From: a virus
Taxonomy: Duplodnaviria; Caudoviricetes
Reading direction: 5' to 3' (one strand)
Virus record (IMG/VR): IMGVR_UViG_3300032167_000004
Location: 128,001 to 192,000 of that record
DNA: 64,000 bases
This document shows, piece after piece, positions 52,209-60,709 of this stretch. Both the position numbers and the translations under genes were made by a program. Positions within the stretch are counted from its first letter, which is position 1. Each line of letters starts with the position of its first letter. Below the pieces are notes generated by a model, which worked only from the letters and a program-made list of their open reading frames with translations, was not told the origin of the DNA and did not search any database.

Positions 52209-53099
52209 TCATTTTCTTTTGGAAATTTCATTCATAAATTGTGCTTGTGCGGTGCAAATTTGCTGTAAAGGAATATTCATAGTGGTAGATAGTTTACAGC
52301 TATCCAATTTAGTAAAGAGCTTCTTATCGTTCAAAGATAAATTGATAAGTTTTTTAGCTGCAAATTTAGAGTATACTTTGGTGCCATATTTATTTGTACT
52401 AACAATTTTGAAAGGTTTAGATTCAGGTTCCTTATTTTCAATTTCATCTTTGTTAGAAGTTTCAGATTCATTTTTAAGTATACGTTTCCACCGATATGCT
52501 GTACTTACAGCAATATTAAATTTTTTGGCGATTTGTTGAATGTCGGAATCGATAATAAATTTCTTATCATCATCGCTTAAAGTATTAATATTTAAACGCG
52601 GCTTTTTATCAGAGGATACAGTAGTTATACTGTCTTCTTTCTTAGGAGTAGGTTTATTGATAGTTTCTGGAGGAGAAGTCTTTTCAGAAATAGAGATAAT
52701 TTTATCTGTACTATATTTGAAATATTTAGCCTCCATTTCTAAGTTGTTTTCTAAACCTAAATAAATTTTAAGAGCAAGATCAATTTCGTCCATAACTCTT
52801 TCGGTTAAACATCCTAAGAAATTCGTTAATGATGATGCTGGTACTGGACGAATTTCATGTACAAGTGCAGTTGATAATTTATTCAATTCTAAATTAACAC
52901 ATACACCACTCTTTTGCGATTCAGATGCCGAGAATGGAATTACCGTAACAAATTTTCCTCGAACATTGACATTATTAATAACCAAAACTGGTCTATCTCC
53001 AATAGTTATTTGCATGTCTCTTTCATCATGAGTCCAGCTATCTTTCATTAACCACACTTGACCTTTTTTATAAGTTAAAAGATCTAATTTCTTACACAT
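52209..53099 (-). CDS. PemK/MazF-like endoribonuclease domain fused to a C-terminal HTH
   Basis: KKGQVW..GDRPVLVI..VTVIPFS..IR.V..L..FLG.L...MDEIDLALKIYLGL; IAKKFNIAVSTAYRW (HTH). Confidence 0.75.
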   Translation of the reverse strand: MCKKLDLLTYKKGQVWLMKDSWTHDERDMQITIGDRPVLVINNVNVRGKFVTVIPFSASESQKSGVCVNLELNKLSTALVHEIRPVPASSLTNFLGCLTERVMDEIDLALKIYLGLENNLEMEAKYFKYSTDKIISISEKTSPPETINKPTPKKEDSITTVSSDKKPRLNINTLSDDDKKFIIDSDIQQIAKKFNIAVSTAYRWKRILKNESETSNKDEIENKEPESKPFKIVSTNKYGTKVYSKFAAKKLINLSLNDKKLFTKLDSCKLSTTMNIPLQQICTAQAQFMNEISKRK

Positions 53100-53245
53100 T
53101 TTTAAATTCCTTTCTGTAAAAATTCTAAGTTGTTTTTTTTTGATTTATATATTATTATATTTCTCCTTTCTTACATTAATAATATATATTTAAATCTTAG
53201 AACTTTACTATTCGGGAACATAGAAAATAAAAAGAATAAGGATGT

Positions 53246-53464
53246 CTAATCATCCTTATTCTTAGAATTAATACTGAGGAAGGTCATATACTTAATAAAA
53301 TCTTTTTCTGATAAACTATTGATAATATTACAATGATCATCAAATTTGGTAGAATTTGATCTAGTTACTGCATTTAAATATTTTAAATAAATATCGATTG
53401 TATTATGACTCATGGGTAAATCATGTACAATCATATATACTATAGTTCTTTCTATATTTATCAT
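53246..53464 (-). CDS. Small hypothetical protein
   Basis: Start MINIERT after RBS AAGGAGG (the ORF track over-extends it). Confidence 0.5.
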   Translation of the reverse strand: MINIERTIVYMIVHDLPMSHNTIDIYLKYLNAVTRSNSTKFDDHCNIINSLSEKDFIKYMTFLSINSKNKDD

Positions 53465-53579
53465 TATATTATATGATACCTCCTTAATAAGTATTATATT
53501 AACGTTCACTTTTTTCTTAAAGTGAAAATAAATATAGTATATAACATTTTCATAATAATAAAAGAAAGGATGAAATTTT

Positions 53580-53756
53580 ATGTCTAATAAAGAAGAATTC
53601 AATATTGTTACCGAGGTTGGTGTCTTTGGTGATTTAAACATCGATGACCCTACTGTTAAATCTGTAAAGAAAAAGAATAATACCAACTATACTGATGAAG
53701 AAATTGAAACTCTGATTAGAGAATCTATTAATAGTAATGCTAATATTACTATCTAA
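53580..53756 (+). CDS. Small hypothetical late protein (58 aa), not in ORF track
   Basis: MSNKEEFNIVTEVGVFGDLNIDDP...; RBS AAAGGA; AACA-N6-TA at 53543-53554. Confidence 0.55.
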   Translation: MSNKEEFNIVTEVGVFGDLNIDDPTVKSVKKKNNTNYTDEEIETLIRESINSNANITI

Positions 53757-53773
53757 AAATCAAAAGATTATTT

Positions 53774-53786
53774 AAATATATATTAT
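53774..53786 (+). promoter_or_regulatory. Early (virion RNAP)-type promoter AAATATATATTAT upstream of tubulin
   Basis: The AA(A/G/T)TATATATTAT motif recurs in sense orientation upstream of 11 genes in the window. Confidence 0.65.
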
Positions 53787-53854
53787 TTAAATAAGAAATA
53801 GTAATTAATTACTTACTATTTGAAAATATTTTTATTAATGAAGGAGAAATAATA

Positions 53855-53879
53855 ATGATTAAAATTTGTACTCTTGGCT
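53855..53879 (+). CDS. phuZ: Phage tubulin exon 1 (25 nt)
   Basis: RBS AAGGAG, ATG ATT AAA ATT TGT ACT CTT GGC T; joins exon 2 to give MIKICTLGFGNCGGQI (tubulin T1 GxGxxG). Confidence 0.8.
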
Positions 53880-54156
53880 TAATAATATAGGCCCTATACA
53901 TAGTGATATGTATAGCAAACTCTCTTAATTGCTGGAAACTCCTTAGAGCCTAAAGTACCAAAGTGTAAAAATCTTTAGGATTGGACAATCAGCAGCCAAG
54001 ACTCTTATTGTAAGAGTAAGGTTCAACGATCATACCCTTAAGTAAAGGGATAATAGAGAGCATCTTTATTTTAAAGATGATGATATGATCTGTGCTCTAT
54101 AGAAATATAGAGAACTTCGTCTGTATTAACTAGCTAATAGTTTTATCTTCTTTTTC

Positions 54157-54169
54157 AAATATATATTAT
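54157..54169 (+). promoter_or_regulatory. Early-type promoter AAATATATATTAT inside the intron, driving tnpB
   Basis: Exact match to the motif at 30370, 53774, 34677(-) and 53179(-); RBS AAGGAGG follows. Confidence 0.65.
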
Positions 54170-54207
54170 TTATTTAATATTTATATAAAGAAAGGAGGAT
54201 AAATCTT

Positions 54208-55446
54208 ATGTATAGAACTTTTAAACGTCAACTAATTAATTTATCTGAAGAAGATAAACAGTATTTATTCGATAATATGTGGTATAGACATCAACTATAC
54301 AACTTAGGTATTGAATGTATATTAGATTATCGTAAAGAGAATCCTAAATTACCTAGCAGTACATTATTATATCACATGATGAAAGAAAAAATATCTGATA
54401 AGTATAATAAAAATTATTATGCTGAAGGTATTGAGAGTGTTGTACGTGTTGATATATCTAGAGCAATTCGAAATACATATAATAATTATAAAAAATATGA
54501 TGATATTTCTGAACAATTTAGATTTCATCGATTTAATAAATATTATAGAAGTTTCGGATTTAGTGCTAGATCATATATTTCTTATGGTAAAATGAGTTCT
54601 AGAGTTAAATCTATGACTAATAATTCTATCACTATTCGTTTTAGAAAAGGTATTATTAAAACTTTTTATCATAATGAATTATCATGGAATAATAAGAATC
54701 ATCCTTATGAATTTGATATGTATGATGTAAAAGAGATCCATTTTCTATATGATCATGGTAAATTCTATATCATTCTCATGTGTGAGGTTAATTTTAAAAA
54801 TCCTTATAGATATAGAGATGATAGAATGAATCTTGCAGGTATTGATTTAGGAGAAAGAAATCCAGCGATGATATATGACGGTAAAGAATATATCAAGGTT
54901 AAGTTTCCTGATAAGAAGATTAAAAATATTCAAAACAGAATTAATGTTATGAATATAGCCTTATCAGGAAAAGTATATGGATCTAATAACTATTATAAGC
55001 TTAAAAATAAAATAGATAAGCTTTATAGAAAACAGGTTAATATACGTAAAGACTGGAGACATCAGAATTCTTATAAGATAACTAATTTATTTAAGACTAT
55101 AGTTGTAGATGAATTCCATAATTATATTATTACTAAAGATTCTAAAGAAAATATTAATAGTAAAGGAAAAAGAATTATTAATAGAGTAATGGAAGGTAGA
55201 GGTATATCTTATTTTATTGAAACATTAAAAGATATGTCAAATAAATATCGATGTGGATATTATTTAGCAGAACCTAATACCACTAGAACTTGCTCTAAAT
55301 GCGGTTTTATTAATGATCCAATACCTTTAAGTCAAGAATATTTAGTATGCGATAATTGTGGAAAGAAAATTCATCGAGATAAGAATGCTGCAAAGAATTG
55401 TTATAATCAACATAAGAGATATTATCATATTAATGTGTATATCTAA
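54208..55446 (+). CDS. tnpB: TnpB (IS200/IS605/IS607 OrfB) RNA-guided RuvC nuclease
   Basis: AGIDLGERN (RuvC-I), IVVDEF (RuvC-II), TTRTCSKCG..CDNCG zinc ribbon, HRDKNAAKN (RuvC-III); 412 aa. Confidence 0.9.
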   Translation: MYRTFKRQLINLSEEDKQYLFDNMWYRHQLYNLGIECILDYRKENPKLPSSTLLYHMMKEKISDKYNKNYYAEGIESVVRVDISRAIRNTYNNYKKYDDISEQFRFHRFNKYYRSFGFSARSYISYGKMSSRVKSMTNNSITIRFRKGIIKTFYHNELSWNNKNHPYEFDMYDVKEIHFLYDHGKFYIILMCEVNFKNPYRYRDDRMNLAGIDLGERNPAMIYDGKEYIKVKFPDKKIKNIQNRINVMNIALSGKVYGSNNYYKLKNKIDKLYRKQVNIRKDWRHQNSYKITNLFKTIVVDEFHNYIITKDSKENINSKGKRIINRVMEGRGISYFIETLKDMSNKYRCGYYLAEPNTTRTCSKCGFINDPIPLSQEYLVCDNCGKKIHRDKNAAKNCYNQHKRYYHINVYI

Positions 55447-55536
55447 AAGTTGAATATAATGTAGCGTATAGGTTGATGCGTAATAGCTAGTTAAAAGAAG
55501 TTGTATTAGAGTAACGATCTAATATAAACACAACAG

Positions 55537-56642
55537 TTGGTAATTGTGGTGGTCAGATCACTGATCTGGCAATGGAACAGTATCAGATTCCTGGTATTGC
55601 AATCAATAGCTCTCAGAAAGATTTAGATAATATTACAAATGTTACTAAGTTTGTTTTGGGTGATTCTCTTGGTAGTGGAAAGAATAGAGATGTAGCAAAA
55701 AACTTTATTAAGAAGCATGTATCTGTTATGCTTCAGCAAGATAAACTTAATAGTATGATTAGTGAAAATGATATTGTTTTCATTATTTCTTCTATTGGTG
55801 GTGGTACCGGTTCTGGTATGGCTCCGATTACTTGTGATATTCTTTCAAGAAAATATCCTGAAAAGAGATTTATTCTTATTGAAGTTTATCCTCCTATTGG
55901 TGAGTCTCTTGCTGCACAGCAGAATAGTCTTGACTATCTTAAGGAAGTAAATAATAATATGCCCAATGTATGTTACATTGCATATGATAATAATAAGTAT
56001 ACTGATCTTACAACTCCTGAAATGATGCAGAAAGTAAACAATGAAATTGTTGATATGCTTCCTGTATTTAGAGGAGACTATTTCTATTCCACTCCTTTCA
56101 ATTCTATTGATGATAAGGATCTTCTGAGTATTGTTGGTACTCCTGGACGTATGGCTGTGTATATTCTTGATAATATTAAAGAAAAAGATTTCGATAATAA
56201 ATCTATTGAAGATGCTATGATCGATATTATTAAGAATAAGTCTGCTAACGTCGAACTTGATCGTGATAAGATTGTTAAGAAAATTGGTATTGTAACGAAT
56301 TTGAATACTAAACTTAATAAACTTATCGATCCCAATTATTCTAAGATTCAAGAATTAGTCGGTACTCCTATTGAATTATTTGAGCATGTATATATGACAA
56401 GTTCTGATAATGAAACTAATAGAATGATTCTTATTCTGGCTGGTTTATCTGTTCCTGATGACAGATTAACAAAGATGGTTCAGCGTATTGAATCTGGTTT
56501 GGAAGAACTTGCACATACTAAGGAATCTTCTGTATTGGGCAATACAGACACTGTCAGCATGGTTAAAGACCTGAGATCTAATAATATGCAGCAGAGCAGT
56601 GAATTTAGCCTCGAAGAACTTTTTGGTAAGTATGATAGCTAA
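55537..56642 (+). CDS. phuZ: Phage tubulin/FtsZ-family GTPase (PhuZ/TubZ-like), exon 2; spliced product 376 aa
   Basis: GNCGGQI, AINSS, GSGKNR, SIGGGTGSG tubulin signature, YDNN, IDDKDL. Confidence 0.9.
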
Positions 56643-56706
56643 CAATACTTCATTAGCTGTTATATTATAAATTTATTTAAATATTATATTTGGAGGACAA
56701 AAAACA

Positions 56707-57591
56707 ATGAAACACATTATTGAAAATTTGAAGCCTAAGAAGATGGAAGTCAGTGATCTGGCATATGCAATTGATGATAATCAGAAGGAAATGATTGATT
56801 TTTATGTAAAGCATGGCTTTAAGATGAAGAATGCTGAAACCATCAATGCACTGTATGAAAAGATGCTGAGCCCTAAGTTTGTTAAGGCACTGAAGAAGGT
56901 TGCTAAGAATGGTAAAGAAGAGCCTTGGACTGGTCTTGACTACGGCTTTATTATGATTATCAATGGCTTCATCGAGAAGAGCTATAAGAATGAAGCTATG
57001 ACTGAAGAACTTCTGGGTGAATATACTAATATCATTAATAAGGTTCTAAAGTCTAAGATTAAGAAGATTTCTAAGGATATTGGTATTGATGAAGATATTG
57101 TAAAGGAACTGTTAGTTGTTGTTCCTGATAAGTCTTGCGTTAACAATGAGCGTGCAGTTGGTTTCTATACTGCAAAGATGCTGCGTAAGATTTATATTCT
57201 TGCCGGTGAAAAGGAGCTGAATCTGGATGACACCAAGAAGATTAGGGGTCTGTTCCAGAAGCTGTTTGGTAAGAAGCTGATTGATGTTGTTGCAGTTAAT
57301 GTACTTCTTGAGAAGAAGGAGTATATGAAGAACTTTAATGAAAATCAGACTGCAGTTTGGAATATGCTTACCAATTTTGCTCTTGATGTAATTGAGAAGC
57401 AGGATAAGGAGCACATTGTCGAACTGGTTGAATATTACTGCAACCGTCGCAAGTCTGATTCTGAGCGTAATCGTGATAGTGCACGTCGTATTTCTCTGAA
57501 TAATATTGATGCAGAGAAGTATCCTAAGACTGCTAAGCGTATTGCTAAGTTCACTAAGAATGGTAAAGAAAATTTGGTAAAGTTCCTGTAA
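56707..57591 (+). CDS. Abundant hypothetical helical protein downstream of tubulin
   Basis: 294 aa; RBS GGAGG; strongly biased codons. Confidence 0.65.
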   Translation: MKHIIENLKPKKMEVSDLAYAIDDNQKEMIDFYVKHGFKMKNAETINALYEKMLSPKFVKALKKVAKNGKEEPWTGLDYGFIMIINGFIEKSYKNEAMTEELLGEYTNIINKVLKSKIKKISKDIGIDEDIVKELLVVVPDKSCVNNERAVGFYTAKMLRKIYILAGEKELNLDDTKKIRGLFQKLFGKKLIDVVAVNVLLEKKEYMKNFNENQTAVWNMLTNFALDVIEKQDKEHIVELVEYYCNRRKSDSERNRDSARRISLNNIDAEKYPKTAKRIAKFTKNGKENLVKFL

Positions 57592-57764
57592 TAAAATATT
57601 TTAAAATGTTTTATTGATAAAGGGAGAGGAATAATTTCCTCTCCCTTTATTTTTTTTTTTCTAATAATTAATAATTAATTCATATACAATTATGTAATTC
57701 GTAGTATTTCAACAAGATACTACTAAATAATTTAATTTTTAAAATTAATTGGAGGAAATTTGAA

Positions 57765-58628
57765 ATGTTAGCAATTTATAATGAAAGCAAAACTAATTGG
57801 ATCCGTGCAACTATTAATAACAAGACCTCTAAGATTACTGCATCTCGCGTACTGGCTGATGGCAAGGTTCGTTATCTTGACGTTCTGATCAGTAACGATA
57901 TCGATACATCCGAAGTTGTCAATGCTAAGGCTATGAATGAAGAAACTCCTTGCACTACTCTGTATGAGGGTAAGACTGCTGTTAAGTTTAAGAGCAAGGA
58001 TCTTAAGCCTTTTATTACTAAGTCTGAAAAGTTTAATACTGACGTTTTATTTATCAATATTGGTCTGAAGGGTAAGATTATCAAGAATATGACCGGTAAT
58101 CATTCCATTCTGGCATATCTGATCGCTCAGGGTGAGCTGTTCCTGATTGTTTCTTTATCTGATAAAGATGATGCTATGAAGTTTGATCTGGTATTACATG
58201 ATCCTAACATTGTTGCTGATACTACTTATACTTTCGAGAAGAAGGGTGGTAAGTATTTTGTAACTTCCGATATGGTTCAGACTGATGCTGTTATTACTAA
58301 GCCTACATTTAAGGTCAATAGATTTAGACCTGCTCGTCCTACTAATGTTATCTTTGTTTGTGATTCTGATGAAGCTGTTATGAAAAAGCTTCTGAAGTAT
58401 CCTGATTCTCATAATATCAAGGTATTCATTGATAATGATGTTGATGACATTATGGCATTTATTAATCCTCTGAAGGAGTCTGGTTATAAGGCTGCTACCT
58501 TATTTGTAAACCGTGATGAGTTTACTGGCTCTGATGATGAAGTTTATGGTAATGAATACGACATCCTTAAGAACAATTTCAAATTCTTGAACATTCTGTT
58601 AAATAACGGTAAGATTCTGCGTAAGTAA
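57765..58628 (+). CDS. Abundant hypothetical protein
   Basis: 287 aa; RBS GGAGG; biased codons. Confidence 0.65.
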   Translation: MLAIYNESKTNWIRATINNKTSKITASRVLADGKVRYLDVLISNDIDTSEVVNAKAMNEETPCTTLYEGKTAVKFKSKDLKPFITKSEKFNTDVLFINIGLKGKIIKNMTGNHSILAYLIAQGELFLIVSLSDKDDAMKFDLVLHDPNIVADTTYTFEKKGGKYFVTSDMVQTDAVITKPTFKVNRFRPARPTNVIFVCDSDEAVMKKLLKYPDSHNIKVFIDNDVDDIMAFINPLKESGYKAATLFVNRDEFTGSDDEVYGNEYDILKNNFKFLNILLNNGKILRK

Positions 58629-58811
58629 TATTTTTTATATTAAGTACACAGCACAGCCGTTAGTCTTGAGAATGTGCTGTTTTATATACATTGTATCAGA
58701 TATGAGTATAATTGCTCATATCTGATACTTTTTCACTTTTTATTAAGTTATTAACAAATAAATAAGCAATACTTTTTTAAAGTATATATTATTATCTGGA
58801 GGTCAATATAA

Positions 58812-59138
58812 ATGATTGATTTATTTAAACTTAAGCATAAAGAAAATGATGCTACTAGAATTTACAAAATTTATAAGAATATTGATAAGGAGGAAAGAAT
58901 CAATTATATTGTACATTCAGAGTATAAAAGAATGATTTTTCTAGCTGAAAAAGCTGCTTTAAATGGAGAAGTTTCATTTATATTTGATTTATCAATAGAA
59001 GACCTAGATATGAAAAATTTTAATGTTATAATGAATAAATTTATGACATTAATATCAGAAAATGGTTTTCGATATTCAAGAGAGATCGTAATAAAAGAAA
59101 ATAGATTTACTATCTATTTTTCAGAATTAAGTGTATGA
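58812..59138 (+). CDS. Hypothetical early protein
   Basis: 108 aa; RBS GGAGG; early motif 58780-58792. Confidence 0.6.
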   Translation: MIDLFKLKHKENDATRIYKIYKNIDKEERINYIVHSEYKRMIFLAEKAALNGEVSFIFDLSIEDLDMKNFNVIMNKFMTLISENGFRYSREIVIKENRFTIYFSELSV

Positions 59139-59151
59139 AGGAGAACTAATA

Positions 59152-60318
59152 ATGGGAAACAGATTATTGGATAAACTTAGAGAAAAAGATAAGAAGGGTT
59201 TATTTACACCTTCTCAGGTTTCAGTAAATTATCCTACAGGATTTGCTCCTTTTGATTATTTAAATGGATATAAAGTAAGAGTTATGGACCTTGATGAAAA
59301 ATTAGTTGGATCATATTCTGCTATTGGTTTGACTGGCGGAACGTTTGTAACTATTATCGGTAAATCAGGTGTTGCAAAAACAACCTGGACTATTCAAACA
59401 GCATTTAATATGGTTAAAAATTTCAATGAAGATGCTTTTATTATGTGTTATGATTTGGAACAAGCTCTAAATTATACACGAATTAAAAATATTACTGGAG
59501 CTACACAAGAAGAATTAGATAAGAAATTTATTCTTCGACAAGAAAAGAATTATATTGAAGATATATTTGATTCTATCATTAGTATTGCTAATGCTAAAGA
59601 AAATGATAAAGAATCTTTTATGTATGATACTGGTAATGTAGATGAATTTAATCGACCTATCAGAGCATATGTACCTACAGTTATTATTATTGACTCTATT
59701 CCTACTTTAGCTTCTAAGGAAACTGAAGGTGAAGAAGAAATGAAGGGTCAGACTGATGCAATGAAAGCTGCAAAGCAGTTAAAACAGTTTTATAGTAGAT
59801 TAATGCCTATTATCAAAACTTATAATATTACTGTATTTGCAATCAATCATATTAACCAAAAGATTGAAATTAATCCCTTCGCTAAGACACAGAATCAAAT
59901 AATGTACCTTGGACAAGATGAAAGCTTACCGGGAGGTGTTGCACCTATATATTATGCAAACACTCTCATTAAATTTGTATCTTCTTCTAAGTTTAAAGAA
60001 GAAGACGATGGATTCGATGGGTTCTTAGTCAAAGCAATGTTAGTTAAATCTAGAAGTAATAAAGCAAATCAATTCTGCAATTTAGTATATAATCAAACTC
60101 ATGGATTTGATCCTATTTTGACTTTATTCCAGTTTGCAACCGATAATGGTATGGTTGATGGTCGTAATCCATATAAATATTTTAAAATTAATAAAGATGT
60201 TAAATTTGATTCTAGAAAATTTAGAGAAGAATTTAATACTAATGATAAAGTTAAAAATACTCTGATGGAAGCAGTTACTCCTGAATTAGAGAAACTTCTT
60301 TCATCTGTTGAAAAATAA
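59152..60318 (+). CDS. recA: RecA/UvsX recombinase
   Basis: PTGFAPFD, GKSGVAKTT, DLEQAL, IIDSIPTL, INHI, PGG..YYAN, KSR. Confidence 0.88.
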   Translation: MGNRLLDKLREKDKKGLFTPSQVSVNYPTGFAPFDYLNGYKVRVMDLDEKLVGSYSAIGLTGGTFVTIIGKSGVAKTTWTIQTAFNMVKNFNEDAFIMCYDLEQALNYTRIKNITGATQEELDKKFILRQEKNYIEDIFDSIISIANAKENDKESFMYDTGNVDEFNRPIRAYVPTVIIIDSIPTLASKETEGEEEMKGQTDAMKAAKQLKQFYSRLMPIIKTYNITVFAINHINQKIEINPFAKTQNQIMYLGQDESLPGGVAPIYYANTLIKFVSSSKFKEEDDGFDGFLVKAMLVKSRSNKANQFCNLVYNQTHGFDPILTLFQFATDNGMVDGRNPYKYFKINKDVKFDSRKFREEFNTNDKVKNTLMEAVTPELEKLLSSVEK

Positions 60319-60355
60319 TTAAATTATATATTATATATGTGAAGGAGAAACAATT

Positions 60356-60628
60356 GTGGATATTAAGACCAAGTTCTATTATGAGATTTTAGTTATTCTT
60401 AATAAGAAACATGAAAGAATGCTTATCTGGATTAAAGATGAAAAAATCGAATATTCTAATAGAAAAGAACTTGAAAAATATGTTAAAGACAATTGTAAAG
60501 GTTTAAAGAAATTTACTAATATTGAAAAAGTTATTGTTATGGAAATCAGTGAAGAACAGTATAAAGAATTGGATAGATGGTATGTTAATCATTCTAAACC
60601 TAGAGATTTTACTGTGATCCATAACTAA
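60356..60628 (+). CDS. Hypothetical early protein
   Basis: 90 aa; GTG start with RBS AAGGAG; early motif 60322-60334. Confidence 0.55.
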   Translation: MDIKTKFYYEILVILNKKHERMLIWIKDEKIEYSNRKELEKYVKDNCKGLKKFTNIEKVIVMEISEEQYKELDRWYVNHSKPRDFTVIHN

Positions 60629-60709
60629 AAAATGAAATATATACAGTATAGAGGAAATAAGAAACCTCTATACTGTATTTTATTAATAAAAGGAAGGAAA
60701 AGAAAACTA

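Larger units (their letters stand above)
53880..55536 (+). mobile_element. Group I intron in the tubulin gene carrying TnpB
   Basis: P1 GGCU|UA paired with UAGGCC (U·G); core AATTGCTGGAA, AATCAGCAGCCAAG; P7 GAUCA/UGAUC; P9 CTCTAT..ATAGAG; terminal G at 55536. Confidence 0.88.

Noticed and set aside
53880-55536. Canonical IStron or autonomous IS605/IS607 element
   Set aside because: No tnpA in the window; tnpB is enclosed by an intron P9.1 stem and the 3' end resembles the other two introns. A tnpA in trans cannot be excluded.
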